Shown: positions 9,745 to 20,093, counted from the stretch's first letter. The stretch is DNA of 64,000 nt from Candidatus Thorarchaeota archaeon (GCA_048884965.1 JBHLQH010000017.1:7258-71257); one strand, 5' to 3'. Notes: generated by a model from the letters alone, not told the origin. Numbers and translations: made by a program.

Positions 9745-9785
9745 TCATATTCGAATATATTTATATTTCTCGATAATTCGATAAA
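9745..9785. promoter_or_regulatory. Putative ArsR-type operator overlapping the acr3 promoter
   Basis: Palindrome ATATTCGAATAT (9747-9758) next to TTTATA, with further TCGA half-sites upstream of acr3. Confidence 0.5.
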
Positions 9786-9808
9786 TAGAGCAGTGTTATC
9801 CTGAAAAG

Positions 9809-10864
9809 GTGAAGCGGAAATTGAATGAAAGCACTACTAGCAGCGGTAAGAAGCTAAGCAGCTTTGAGAAATATCTACCACTCTGGGTGGCAGTCTGTAT
9901 GATTGTTGGAATCATCTTTTCAATAGTGATTCCTGGAATCAGTGAAGCAATAGACTCTTGGAAAATCGGTCAGATTTCCATCCCAATTGGCATCTGCCTT
10001 TTTCTCATGATGTATCCCGCAATGCTTAACATTCAATCTTCTGAGCTGAGGCGCCTCGGGAAGAATCCGAAGCCCATCATTCTGACTATCCTCTCGAACT
10101 GGATCATCTCGCCGATCGTTGGATTCGCCCTTGCCAACCTGTTCCTGCCTGGGTACGAGCAGTTGATTGTAGCAATCATTCTCCTCTCCTCAAGTCCTTG
10201 TACTGCCATGGTCCTCGTTTGGGGATACCTTGCAGAAGGAAATCAAGAGCAGAACATCATCAATACAAGTCTGAATACAGCAACCATCCTCTTCCTGTAT
10301 GCACCAGTTGTGGCACTTCTAACCGGGATATCAGACATCCCCTTAGACAGATGGGCGCTATTCATTTCGGTTCTTGTATTCATTGGTATTCCTCTGATAC
10401 TAGGACTCATTAGTAGAAAAACGCTAATCAATTGGAAGGGATTGGACTGGTTCGAGAATAGATATCGCCCCGCAGTTGGAAAGATCGCCTTGATAGCTTT
10501 ACTAACGACACTGATTGTGCTTTTCTCACTGAATGGGCAGGTCATGTTGGAGAATCCTGACCTCTTGGTATTGATTTCGATTCCACTCCTTATTGGATTT
10601 GCAATCGTCGTGGGCTACAACCTTCTGATTACACGAATAGTGCATCTAGCATATAGAGAAGGCGTGATTACAGTGATCATCGGTTCTTCAAGTCATTTCG
10701 AAATTGCAATCGCAACAGCAATCTCCATTTATGGAGTAGGATCTCTGGCTGCACTTGGAACCACAATGGGACTTTTCTGGGAAGTTCCTATCATGCTTGG
10801 ACTTGTCTATCTAGGAAAATATCTACGAGGTAAGGGCTATTGGAAGGAAGAGGACCGCATCTGA
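9809..10864 (+). CDS. acr3: ACR3-family arsenite efflux transporter
   Basis: FEKYLPLWV, LFLMMYP, NWIISP, PCTAMVLVW, SSHFEIAIATAI, EVP. Confidence 0.93.
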   Translation: MKRKLNESTTSSGKKLSSFEKYLPLWVAVCMIVGIIFSIVIPGISEAIDSWKIGQISIPIGICLFLMMYPAMLNIQSSELRRLGKNPKPIILTILSNWIISPIVGFALANLFLPGYEQLIVAIILLSSSPCTAMVLVWGYLAEGNQEQNIINTSLNTATILFLYAPVVALLTGISDIPLDRWALFISVLVFIGIPLILGLISRKTLINWKGLDWFENRYRPAVGKIALIALLTTLIVLFSLNGQVMLENPDLLVLISIPLLIGFAIVVGYNLLITRIVHLAYREGVITVIIGSSSHFEIAIATAISIYGVGSLAALGTTMGLFWEVPIMLGLVYLGKYLRGKGYWKEEDRI

Positions 10865-10891
10865 TGGTACGCAATATCATAAATCGCCACA

Positions 10892-11173
10892 ATGGATGTT
10901 GATGTAATGAATCAGAAGGTGCAAGTACGAGCGTTTTTGGCTGCAGGAGTATGTTCCTGTAGTCAGACTGGTTTCTTAGAAAGGATCCAAAAGGCCATTC
11001 AGAAATTCGAGAATGAAATAGAATACAGTGTGTATTCTGCAGCAGATGAGCGCGCAAAGGAATATGGAATCCGATACCGGGGTGTTGTTGTTGGGAATCG
11101 ATCCATTGGCTCGAATCCCACAATTGACGAAATCGAGTCTGCGATACAGATGGCGTTGGAACAGAACTCTTAA
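10892..11173 (+). CDS. Small thioredoxin-fold-like protein (CSC motif)
   Basis: GVCSCSQ, AKEYGI...GVVVG; lies within the ars cluster. Confidence 0.65.
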   Translation: MDVDVMNQKVQVRAFLAAGVCSCSQTGFLERIQKAIQKFENEIEYSVYSAADERAKEYGIRYRGVVVGNRSIGSNPTIDEIESAIQMALEQNS

Positions 11174-11176
11174 ATA

Positions 11177-11204
11177 CATCGAAATATCGAAAAAATTCGA
11201 TATT
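11177..11204. promoter_or_regulatory. Second putative operator (repeated TCGAA/TTCGA half-sites)
   Basis: CATCGAAATATCGAAAAAATTCGATAT upstream of the permease; resembles the acr3 site. Confidence 0.4.
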
Positions 11205-11227
11205 ATTCCTCTCCAGAAGGTGTTCAG

Positions 11228-12298
11228 ATGCAGGATATACTTGGCGCAATAATTGGCTCAGGTCTGAACACTTTATGGGAGTATCTTTCAGCACATGTTT
11301 TGCTCTGTCTTATCCCTGCCTTTTTCATATCTGGAGCCTTTAGCGCCCTTATTCCCACAAATACGATTCTGAAGTATATGGGGGGCACAAGGGATAGGAA
11401 ACGATTGACTATGGCATATATCTTTGCAGCAATGAGTGGTCTTGTACTTGAGGTATGCTCGTGCACTATTCTCCCCTTGTTCGCAGGGATATGGAAGAAA
11501 GGTGCTGGGTTCGGACCAGCTATTACCTTCCTATTCGCAGGTCCTGGGATCACCCTTCTCTCCACTCCACTAACAGCAATGGTGATTGGTGTAGAGTTTG
11601 CAATCATCAAGCTCATTTTCTCTATCGTCATAGCTATTGCTATTGGAGTGTCGATGGAACTCCTGTTCCGTGAGAAGAGGTCTGCCACGCCATCAGACCT
11701 ATCAGTTGGCGTCGATTCCGAAACTTCAGAGAAGCCCAAACGCAGTACAGTCAAGTCATCTACATTCTTTGTGTCGTTGACTTTGGTAATGATATTTGGA
11801 ACAGCACCCATTGATTTGCTTCTCAAGATTCTACTGGTCCTTCTTGGAACCCTTGCAACGACACTCATTGCAATTTACGTGTATGATCGGAATGAACTCG
11901 GTTTGTGGATGAAAGAAACCTATCGTTTCATCAAAATGATCTTTCCAATTCTCTTGGTTGGTGTGTTCATATCCGGGATGATTCAACCTATCGTACCACC
12001 TGAGCTGATTGTTGCATTAGCAGGCACGAACAGTATAGGGGGGAATGTCTTTGCTGTTCTCTTCGGAACGATCGCATACTTCCCCACTCTTGTTGAGGTC
12101 CCTATCGCTGATATGTTTCTACAGCTCGGAATGCATCCTGGTCCTCTCATGGCGTACTTGATTGCTGACCCTGCAATATCTATTCAAACACTTCTTGTGG
12201 TAAATCGGATTATGAAGCCTGCGCGAACTGCAGCATATGGTCTACTACTAATGCTTTTTAGTGTCGCAGCTGGCTTCCTTTATGGTATGTGGATTTAA
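11228..12298 (+). CDS. ArsP/DUF318-family permease
   Basis: HVLLCLIPAFFISGA, VCSCTILPLFAGI, GAGFGPAITFLFAGP, YFPTLVEVPI. Confidence 0.9.
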   Translation: MQDILGAIIGSGLNTLWEYLSAHVLLCLIPAFFISGAFSALIPTNTILKYMGGTRDRKRLTMAYIFAAMSGLVLEVCSCTILPLFAGIWKKGAGFGPAITFLFAGPGITLLSTPLTAMVIGVEFAIIKLIFSIVIAIAIGVSMELLFREKRSATPSDLSVGVDSETSEKPKRSTVKSSTFFVSLTLVMIFGTAPIDLLLKILLVLLGTLATTLIAIYVYDRNELGLWMKETYRFIKMIFPILLVGVFISGMIQPIVPPELIVALAGTNSIGGNVFAVLFGTIAYFPTLVEVPIADMFLQLGMHPGPLMAYLIADPAISIQTLLVVNRIMKPARTAAYGLLLMLFSVAAGFLYGMWI

Positions 12299-12312
12299 AG
12301 GAGATTACAACA

Positions 12313-12546
12313 ATGAAAATTGAGGTATTTGGTTCTGGTTGTGCAAAATGTAAGAATACAAAGAACATCATCAAAGAAGTTCTAGAGCGGCATAACTTCT
12401 CTGCTGAAATCTTGGAGGTCAATGAGATCGATGATATCGTTGCTAGAGGAGTCCTGATGACACCTGCGGTGGCAATCGATGGAAAAGTCAAGATCTCAGG
12501 GCGTGTCCCAACTGAAGATGAGATAGAGAAACTGCTTGGTTTGTGA
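12313..12546 (+). CDS. MTH895-type small thioredoxin-like protein
   Basis: MKIEVFGSGCAKC...GVLMTPAVAIDGKVKISGRVP. Confidence 0.92.
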   Translation: MKIEVFGSGCAKCKNTKNIIKEVLERHNFSAEILEVNEIDDIVARGVLMTPAVAIDGKVKISGRVPTEDEIEKLLGL

Positions 12547-12717
12547 CGTGAGTTCCATAGACATCAAAGAGAATCTCGATGCACAAAGTGATGCATACAT
12601 TTCAGCAAAATGAGGAGAAAATGGACTGTCATGCTGTTACTGCTTAGTTTCCTTTAGCATCCTTCTCTGAACTTTGAAAAAGGAATTCTTTTTGAGTGTC
12701 GATTGTTACTGTCACTC

Positions 12718-13134
12718 ATGCCTTGACGAAAACGGCATCGATATGTGCATCAAGAGCCTCCTATATCCGTTTGCAAACCAGCTGGCATTCTAATTAAGGA
12801 ACTTGATGAGATACTAGTCACATTGGATGAGTACGAGGCAGTACGATTGGCCGATTTTGAGGGCATGAATCAGAGAGATGCATGCGTAAGTATGCAGATT
12901 AGCCAATCGACATTCAATCGAGTTCTAGCGTCTGCTAGAAGGAAAATAGCACAAGGGATTGTAGAAGGGCATGTCCTCCGTATTGAAGGTGGAAGATACA
13001 TCCTATCCGACGGGTCGGGTGGCCTTCAGTGCACCGAGTGTGGGTATCGCTTGGACATGAAGAAGGATGACGGTCGATCCTGTCCCAAATGCAATTCACT
13101 AAAGATTCGCTGGCAAAGATGGGACCGGTCATAG
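12718..13134 (+). pseudogene. DUF134 HTH/zinc-ribbon protein with nonsense codon at position 3
   Basis: ATG CCT TGA CGA AAA CGG = MP*RKRHRYV, in frame with LDEYEAVRLADFEGMNQ...MQISQSTF.R...ARRKIA and CxxC/CPKC; a GTG restart at 12745 is possible. Confidence 0.75.
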
Positions 13135-13167
13135 AGCGAAACATCAGGTTCTAGTCATCCTCCCTCA

Positions 13168-13335
13168 TTATAATTTCAATTCATGATCACCAGAAGCTGT
13201 CATTGCTTCATTCGGAACAGCTTAGAACTTCATCGACTATGAATCAACCATCATGAAGTAATTGCATCTACCAGATCTTGGATTAACAGGAGCATCCAAA
13301 TCTATTCCCGATGATGATACACATATCATTGTCAT
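13168..13335 (-). pseudogene. NifB/NifX-family (FeMo-cofactor-binding-like) protein remnant
   Basis: MTMICVSSSGIDLDAPVNPRSGRCNYFMMVDS*SMKF*AVPNEAMTASG: family N-terminus (vdPRFGRc.yF) with two stops, then truncation. Confidence 0.75.
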
Positions 13336-13528
13336 CTTCGCCCTCAATTATATCGAAACCATATTCATTATTATAATGCATCATGATTCAATACAAGTCC
13401 ATCGAAATCGGTGCTCCGTAGATGGATATGGTAAATCACTTATTGCAGATGAACACTCAGATTTTCGGAGTATCAGGTTTTTATCCTACATATCATTTCC
13501 AATTTTCATGACAGGGGGATCAACACAA

Positions 13529-14569
13529 ATGAATGGTATAGCGTCACTTCCTGAAATCGTACAGAAGCTTGAAGAGAGTCCCAGATGGGTGAGAAAACTT
13601 CCTGGCGACCCTAGAAGGTTCCTTCTAGAATGTGAAGAACCCTATACTATCTACCGAACGCTGACAGATATCTTTGAGTTACCTCCTACCTATTCTGCAG
13701 CCATGGAGATGAGGTCTCTAGTACTGAAGGACAAACTGGTGAATCAGTTGGTCGCAAGACTGCCTTCAGACTGGGAAAGTTATCTTGTCAAAGGGCATGA
13801 TAAGGTGGATTACCCACCTTCCATTTTGCTATTATTATTCGATTTTGGAGTTAAATCAAGCGACTTTCCAGAAATTCAGACACTCTTGGACCAGATGAGA
13901 GTCCTCCATGACGAGGAAGGGCGATTTCTATCCTTAGCACAGTTTCCAAAGAGCGATCCAGTTATTGGCTCGAGCCCTTGTGATACCCATATCATCTCTG
14001 AAGCTATTGCACTTGGACATGGTAAAACACATGAGGTCGAGAAGGCAATGGCTTACTTGGAAGCCAATCTAAAAGAAACCAGTCAAGGCATCGCCTGGAA
14101 ATGCGAGCCGAATAGCGTTAGTAAGGCTCGAGGTCCGGGAAGGAAAGATGATATCTGCCCTCAGGCAACTGTTGAGGCTCTTCGTTTCTACTCTCATTTT
14201 CCCGATGATATGCATCCTTCCACTTTACTATCAGCTGGAAACACACTCTTAGACTGCTATTCTGCCGAGGACCGACATCGTCCATACATGTTTGGACACG
14301 GATCTGGGTTCAAGAAATTACGTCCGCCTTTCTTCTGGTACAACATAGGCGAAGTGCTTGACACAACTAGCCGTTATCCTTCACTCACAGAGCACACTGC
14401 ATTCAAAGATATGATCTCGATTTTACTGACGAAAGCTGATGAGAACGGACTATTCACTCCGGAGTCTGTGTATCGTGACTTCAAGGATTGGTCCATCGGT
14501 CAGAAGAAGGAGTGGTCTCCTTGGACTACCTTCTACGTTTCTAGGATACTGAAGCGTACATTCGGTTAG
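13529..14569 (+). CDS. Conserved hypothetical protein, probable alpha/alpha-barrel fold
   Basis: Long ORF; GPGRKDDICPQAT, PYMFGHG..FKKL.PPFFWY, GQKKEWSPWTT; start moved to ATG 13529. Confidence 0.7.
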   Translation: MNGIASLPEIVQKLEESPRWVRKLPGDPRRFLLECEEPYTIYRTLTDIFELPPTYSAAMEMRSLVLKDKLVNQLVARLPSDWESYLVKGHDKVDYPPSILLLLFDFGVKSSDFPEIQTLLDQMRVLHDEEGRFLSLAQFPKSDPVIGSSPCDTHIISEAIALGHGKTHEVEKAMAYLEANLKETSQGIAWKCEPNSVSKARGPGRKDDICPQATVEALRFYSHFPDDMHPSTLLSAGNTLLDCYSAEDRHRPYMFGHGSGFKKLRPPFFWYNIGEVLDTTSRYPSLTEHTAFKDMISILLTKADENGLFTPESVYRDFKDWSIGQKKEWSPWTTFYVSRILKRTFG

Positions 14570-14624
14570 TAAACAGCCTAACTCAACCTATACTATTATT
14601 AAATGATATAATTATTCCTTCTAC

Positions 14625-14804
14625 CATGTTGTCATTGACATGGTCAATCAGATTTTTCAGAAGGATTTCCTTATCTATGGTCGTACGACCAACTCTCTGG
14701 GTATATCAAAGATGAGCATCTCTGAGCCAAGGGATTTCGTCGAGATATCTGTACGCGACACGGACTGTCAAGGCGCTCTGATGTATAGTGAGTATTCAAT
14801 CTAA
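14625..14804 (+). pseudogene. Possible C-terminal remnant of an opine/octopine dehydrogenase
   Basis: VIDMVNQIFQKDFLIYGRTTNSLGISKMS resembles the family tail DF...GRTLE.LGL..MS. Confidence 0.4.
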
Positions 14805-14872
14805 GTACTTGGTCTGGTTGTAGAAAGCTGCTCTCTTGCTTCTAATTATATAGGAACTAACGACACTCCAGT

Positions 14873-15919
14873 ATGAGGTTTCTAATGCCAATGAAGACAG
14901 GTTATGATGGAAGTAAAGTGTATCTCTCATTAGCTGGTAGTGGTGACCCATGGAGTTCATTGACAAGTTTGAGAAAACGAATCCTTAGAGAATTACATGA
15001 CACGCCTGACCTCATTGAGATAGCCTCTTTACTTCAGATGGATACTGTTGATTTGCAGGCAGAGATTAAACCGATGCAAGAAGCTAGTTTGATCTTTGAA
15101 TCAGATGGTGGTTTTCGACCCAGCTTCTTGGTTGCAGATGAAGTCGAAAGTAAAATTGTGTTTGACCATGCATGTACATTCAGTTCGAACCTAGCTGATA
15201 TTATCCAAGACAACTATGAAGAAATCAAGAAAGCCTATGAGTACTTAGAACTCAGGACCAAGTACGGATTTGACGATATCGCACTTTTCTTGGTCGGTGG
15301 GCGAATACTCGACATAAAACTGCTTGAGAAGCTCTCCGAAGGAAATCGAGTCATGCCGCCAGCACCATCACGGCCCAGTCCTAATCGCCCAGATGCCCGG
15401 TACTATTTCTTTATGGTAGAAGGAACCCCTGTCCAATTAGGCGCATATGGACAGGATGATTCCACTATGCCTTGGCCGTCGTGGCACTTCATAACTTTTG
15501 GACAGAATCTTATCGATGGGCACGCAAATCCAGATCGTAGGCAGTTGGAGGAACGATATGCGAATCTGATAGAATCAGGAACTTGGAAAAGTGCTGAGGA
15601 GGTTGGGAATGTCTTGGGAATACCCATTATAGGCCCCTCTGATTCCGCGAAGTGGGAAGATATTGCCGCCCTCTACGCAGAACAGCTTTGTCAGTGTTTT
15701 GAAGGCCATGCAGACTCGATCAAATCGCTACATAATGATTTGAAATCAGGAGAGTATGCACCTCACAGTCTAGGTGAATTCTTCTGTTGGTATGCCCATA
15801 TTGCATATGCTTGCGCTATTGAGAAGCTTGAGGATAGAGGAGTTCTCCCTATTCCACCTTCACGATTCCAAGCCACAATATGGCATAGAGCTAGAGAGAA
15901 TGAAGGGATGCTCTCATAA
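14873..15919 (+). CDS. Hypothetical protein with N-terminal winged-helix-like region
   Basis: 348-aa ORF; RKRILRELH...EIASLLQM...ASLI. Confidence 0.7.
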   Translation: MRFLMPMKTGYDGSKVYLSLAGSGDPWSSLTSLRKRILRELHDTPDLIEIASLLQMDTVDLQAEIKPMQEASLIFESDGGFRPSFLVADEVESKIVFDHACTFSSNLADIIQDNYEEIKKAYEYLELRTKYGFDDIALFLVGGRILDIKLLEKLSEGNRVMPPAPSRPSPNRPDARYYFFMVEGTPVQLGAYGQDDSTMPWPSWHFITFGQNLIDGHANPDRRQLEERYANLIESGTWKSAEEVGNVLGIPIIGPSDSAKWEDIAALYAEQLCQCFEGHADSIKSLHNDLKSGEYAPHSLGEFFCWYAHIAYACAIEKLEDRGVLPIPPSRFQATIWHRARENEGMLS

Positions 15920-15939
15920 TTCTGAATCTAGGGTCTGGG

Positions 15940-16275
15940 TCATTCAGTTTCGTATCTTTGAGGTTCACTAAAGAAGTCCATGACCCTGCAGAAAGTCTTG
16001 AATTCAGCTGAGTGTATCACTCCTGCTTGTATGAAGTACGAATCACCCTTTCTATAGAGTTTTGTCTCATTACCGATAGTAAGGAGCATCTCTCCCTCGA
16101 TTACAAATCCATACTGGGCGCCGTGACTATGTGGTGGTACGATTCCAATAGGTTCAATTTCAAAGAAACCTACTTGGGTACTCTCTCCTTGAACGATATA
16201 TGCCTTGACGCCATCGAATGGAATCTTGGCTTTTGGAAGATTCTTGATACAATCTGGATAGGGTTCACTGGTCAT
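15940..16275 (-). CDS. Cupin domain protein
   Basis: PPHSHGAQYGFVIEGE...GDSYFIQAGVIHSA; start moved to ATG 16275. Confidence 0.9.
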   Translation of the reverse strand: MTSEPYPDCIKNLPKAKIPFDGVKAYIVQGESTQVGFFEIEPIGIVPPHSHGAQYGFVIEGEMLLTIGNETKLYRKGDSYFIQAGVIHSAEFKTFCRVMDFFSEPQRYETE

Positions 16276-16345
16276 TGTCACATCACAGGGAATTACCTCG
16301 ACTAATCCCTGATTTGAGAATTGTCTCTGAAGCATTGATTGAGAT

Positions 16346-17089
16346 TTGGACAGATCGCAATACGAAAAGCTCATACCATCGAACTATACAATAATACGTA
16401 CAATCATGGATAATTACTATTCCAGCAAACTGGCAGCCGAGAACCTGAGGAAATGCTATGATATCGCTCCAGCGCGTACCAGACAATATCTTGCTGCCGA
16501 GATTGATCATGTATTGAAACACATTTCTGAGGACGACATAGTCCTTGAGCTAGGATGCGGGTATGGGCGAGTCTTGTCCCAAATAGCGAGTAGATGCTCG
16601 TTCCTCATAGGCATAGACACTTCCTATGAGAGCCTGAAAATGGCACAATCGTACCTATCTGAATATAGTACAATCGAGCTCTCTCTAATGAATGCGATTG
16701 ACCTCTGCTTTCCAGATTCTTCCTTTGATGCAGTAATATGTATCCAGAATGGCATATCTGCATTCAAAGTGGACTCATATGATCTGGTTAGGGAAGCATA
16801 TAGAGTTGCTAGACCTGATGGAATTTGCATATTCTCAACATATGCTTCCAAGTTCTGGGATTCTCGATTGGAGTGGTTTAGACTACAATCTGAAGCTGGG
16901 CTCCTTGGTGAAATTGATTGGAATCTTACAAATGATGGAATCATAGTATGCAGGGATGGCTTTACTGCAAGAACATATACCGAACATGATTTCAAAGTGA
17001 TATTAGAAGCACTTGGGGTTCGAGGACAATTCATCGAGGTGGATGAATCGAGCCTATTCTGTGAGATTCAGGTAAAGGATAAACCATGA
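16346..17089 (+). CDS. Class I SAM-dependent methyltransferase
   Basis: VLELGCGYG, GID, FDAVIC; true start may be at MDNYY. Confidence 0.9.
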   Translation: MDRSQYEKLIPSNYTIIRTIMDNYYSSKLAAENLRKCYDIAPARTRQYLAAEIDHVLKHISEDDIVLELGCGYGRVLSQIASRCSFLIGIDTSYESLKMAQSYLSEYSTIELSLMNAIDLCFPDSSFDAVICIQNGISAFKVDSYDLVREAYRVARPDGICIFSTYASKFWDSRLEWFRLQSEAGLLGEIDWNLTNDGIIVCRDGFTARTYTEHDFKVILEALGVRGQFIEVDESSLFCEIQVKDKP

Positions 17090-17099
17090 CAACGTATTG

Positions 17100-17630
17100 C
17101 TATTGCGCCATTCCACCTTGGGCAAGGGTGAAGCTCTTTGCTATCGCTGTATGTACTGGGTTATCAAGGACTGTTCCTCTCCGTCTTCCCTTTATCCCAA
17201 CAGCAACTCCAAAGATGACTAGAAGTCCATACGACTCTCCATTTGGTGCTGGAACTAATGCAGCACACCATCGTCTCTTGGAAGCTGATCTTGACGTGGT
17301 GAACTCTCTGGCGATTCGGTCCTCTCCTGAGAGTCTTACAGATAACTTCTGTCGCAATCGAAGTGGAATATGCTTGGGATCATAGAATGCGCGATGTATC
17401 AGTTTGTCAAGGGTCTCATAGTCATGAGTTTCTGATTTGTACCCTCGAACCACAAACTTCTCATCGCTGCTTGGCTTTCCAGACATAGTAAGATAGTAGC
17501 CTGGAGCGGGGAACTTTGCGATGTTAAATAACGATTCCAATCTTTCAACTGAGAACCCTATCGGTGGCATATTGTTATTCCAAGCTTCTGTAATGGTTGA
17601 GTGAATCTGTGTATCTTGCATTCTTTTCAC
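17100..17630 (-). CDS. Hypothetical protein
   Basis: 176-aa ORF convergent with the methyltransferase; GAGGTGA at the start. Confidence 0.6.
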   Translation of the reverse strand: MKRMQDTQIHSTITEAWNNNMPPIGFSVERLESLFNIAKFPAPGYYLTMSGKPSSDEKFVVRGYKSETHDYETLDKLIHRAFYDPKHIPLRLRQKLSVRLSGEDRIAREFTTSRSASKRRWCAALVPAPNGESYGLLVIFGVAVGIKGRRRGTVLDNPVHTAIAKSFTLAQGGMAQ

Positions 17631-17893
17631 CTCTGTATAACATTCGTCGTTTCGAGGGCATTGCTAGTACCCTAGATAGTACTCGCTCTCGCCTGACACT
17701 CGGCGAATACGACGACAGCGTCCTATCAAATTGGACAAGAGCTGTTGCTAGACATTTAGCAAAGTCTAGGGATGTTTGATTGCATTTATGAAATCAATCG
17801 GCATACTACTGACCGAAAGCAACGAATTCTAAGTGTCTATCTTCCTTAGTCATAGATGTAATGGGATTCCACCGTTAAGAGTATTTCGCAAGG

Positions 17894-18529
17894 TTACCTT
17901 TCTAGACCATTGGATACTCTCTCAAAATCTACTTCGGTGTTCACACATCCATCCTTTGAAAGCAGGATGGCTTGAGTGGGAATGCCATATTCCCCTATCT
18001 TCTCAGTCGCAATCTTGGCATCATTAAAGCAAGCGATACCAAGAACCGCCCTTGGTCGTGCATTCTTAACGATTCGGATGGCGTGAGACCCACCTCCCAC
18101 CATATACCATTTAATGCCTCTGGATTCTGCTTTCAATGTAATATCATTGATCACACACCTGCCACATTTCTGGCAGTGATATCCTTCATCATCCACTGGA
18201 GCAGAACAATTCTCATGGTCGCGGAGGCAATGAGGGATTAGCAGAATTCTCCCCTCCATTGGGATATGTGAATAGGCTCCGCGATTCAAGATATTTCCAG
18301 CTTCGATATAGGTATAATTCAGTAGGTCCTCGTCTGTTATCTTGAACTCTACAACTGCAATTTTGGCAAGGTCATCTTGTGATAGATTCTTGTTAGCAGC
18401 AACCTCTTCTTCAAGGAGTTGTGTTATCTTGTCTAGCGTTACTATTTCATCTAGGTTCACATTCTCATCAGAGAGGTTTTCATGTTTTGACACAATTGGC
18501 CACCTATTTGCAGAATCAAGTAGTGTCAA
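17894..18529 (-). CDS. DUF116 family protein
   Basis: LLIPHCLR...C...CQKCGRC.I, VGGGS, GIAC, GCVNTEVD. Confidence 0.9.
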   Translation of the reverse strand: MTLLDSANRWPIVSKHENLSDENVNLDEIVTLDKITQLLEEEVAANKNLSQDDLAKIAVVEFKITDEDLLNYTYIEAGNILNRGAYSHIPMEGRILLIPHCLRDHENCSAPVDDEGYHCQKCGRCVINDITLKAESRGIKWYMVGGGSHAIRIVKNARPRAVLGIACFNDAKIATEKIGEYGIPTQAILLSKDGCVNTEVDFERVSNGLER

Positions 18530-18610
18530 AATTGGGGGTATAAATGACTATGTTTGATGGCAGTTCTAGTCCAATTTCTTTGGATGTGTCAAACTTGAAA
18601 AAGAAGAAGA

Positions 18611-18636
18611 GTAGGATGAGAGGCCTCCCATCCTAC
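18611..18636 (-). terminator. Hairpin at the 3' end of the upstream surface-protein gene
   Basis: GTAGGATG...CATCCTAC inverted repeat followed on the minus strand by a pyrimidine/U tract. Confidence 0.55.
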
Positions 18637-19439
18637 GTGCGTTTTTTCATAATCACTCGTAGTGCAACAACTGCGATGATAGCCACAACTGCGATGGTTG
18701 TGACAAGTAGCACAGTAGGCACTTGAGGTAGGAACCAACTGTTCCAAGGATCGTTCTCTGGGTCTACAGTATACTCAACAAGGACATCCCATCTATCTCC
18801 ATTCTGGGGGTAGTAATACTGAATCGCTCCTACATCTGGCGCATACCAGACCCAGAAGCTGATTTGACCATCTGGAGTTATTTCCTCCTCATGGATCTTT
18901 ATACAGTTCTCAAAGGTACCTGCCGGGGTCGTTACCGTTTCTTTTGCTTCAATCGTATAGTTCGCCGCGAAGGCGATGTTTGGAATTGTCGTTCCATCTC
19001 CCTTCAAGGTCAAGGTTCCAGCCGTTTCCCCTCTATGAACTGCTCCGACAACGACTGGCTCGGTAACATAGCTCAAGGGGCTAGAACATACGATTTTAGC
19101 ATTAGCATCCTCAAAGCCCCACCATAGCAAGGTATCCGCTGTCTTTGAGAGCCACATGTAATTCACCCAAGTATACTCTGTATCCATGGGCATCATCTGT
19201 GCCTCTGCCCAGAGAATGGTAAAGGTGCCATATGGACCACCAAGGAATTCCCATTCGTCATCAATATATCGTTTTGTCATCCAGGTGCCGTCGTCATTCG
19301 TTGAGTTATAGATCAAACTGCCACCAGGAGCGAGTGGAAAGTATTCCATCTCCAACGCACTTACTGGAGTCACAGGGAACGAGGCAATAAGTGCGAGAAT
19401 GGCTCCTAGCAGAAGTATTGAGAGGATTTTGTGTTTCAT
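18633..19439 (-). CDS. Secreted beta-rich protein with C-terminal TM anchor
   Basis: Signal peptide, YFPLAPG, ETVTTPAGTFENCIKI, WYAPDVG, TM plus KKR. Confidence 0.8.
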   Translation of the reverse strand: MKHKILSILLLGAILALIASFPVTPVSALEMEYFPLAPGGSLIYNSTNDDGTWMTKRYIDDEWEFLGGPYGTFTILWAEAQMMPMDTEYTWVNYMWLSKTADTLLWWGFEDANAKIVCSSPLSYVTEPVVVGAVHRGETAGTLTLKGDGTTIPNIAFAANYTIEAKETVTTPAGTFENCIKIHEEEITPDGQISFWVWYAPDVGAIQYYYPQNGDRWDVLVEYTVDPENDPWNSWFLPQVPTVLLVTTIAVVAIIAVVALRVIMKKRT

Positions 19440-19505
19440 TGCAAGGTCCACCAAGGAGCTCGATTCCAATCGATAAAAAAGGCTTGTTTGTATCATCACT
19501 TAGTC

Positions 19506-20021
19506 ATGAATCAAACGCTTCGCGATATCTTCCAAGAGAAGGTATTGTCTGGGAAAGTCAGATTTCGTTATTTTTTCGATTCTTTGAAGGGCGAGAACAT
19601 CGAGGAGGTCATTGATCTGATGTCCTGGATCGTGTCGACTTTCTCGTATGCTGACCATCCAGAACTACTCAAAGCAGCATATACCAATCTTGCTCACTAT
19701 CGAGTTACAGAGCACCTATATGGCTTCAAGCTACTCAGAGAGCAATGGCAGGATACATACTTGAGTCAATACGACTATCTTCTTGCTCTCTTCACTAATG
19801 GATTGAATGGAGCGATTTGCAACTGCTCTGTATACCAAGATGGAAAATTCAATGTTCCACCGTATCAGGATGATCTGGATATCCTAGTCGAGAGAAAACG
19901 AGATGAAGGAGCTTGTTCATTCGATGTCTTCGATGTGCGATGCAAGATTTGCGGCACTGAGTGGGAGGTTGAAGTCGATTACATCTATCATTATCCGCAT
20001 TCACACTGGCGAAAGATATAG
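19506..20021 (+). CDS. Hypothetical protein with C-terminal zinc-binding-like motifs
   Basis: CNC and CKICG..W, HYPHSHW. Confidence 0.65.
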   Translation: MNQTLRDIFQEKVLSGKVRFRYFFDSLKGENIEEVIDLMSWIVSTFSYADHPELLKAAYTNLAHYRVTEHLYGFKLLREQWQDTYLSQYDYLLALFTNGLNGAICNCSVYQDGKFNVPPYQDDLDILVERKRDEGACSFDVFDVRCKICGTEWEVEVDYIYHYPHSHWRKI

Positions 20022-20093
20022 ATTCAGAATACAAAAGCGTAGCACTCAAGTACGCTCGAAGTTGAGTTAGTATTGAACTAAGGAGCACCATCA

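Noticed and set aside
12724-12726. In-frame TGA in DUF134 as selenocysteine
   Set aside because: It falls where the family has Arg (MPR...), so CGA>TGA is simpler; the neighbouring gene is also decayed and I saw no convincing SECIS.
13262-13528. N-terminal extension of the 435-aa ORF
   Set aside because: It overlaps the antisense NifX-like remnant; ATG 13529, preceded by a G-rich SD, is the more plausible start.
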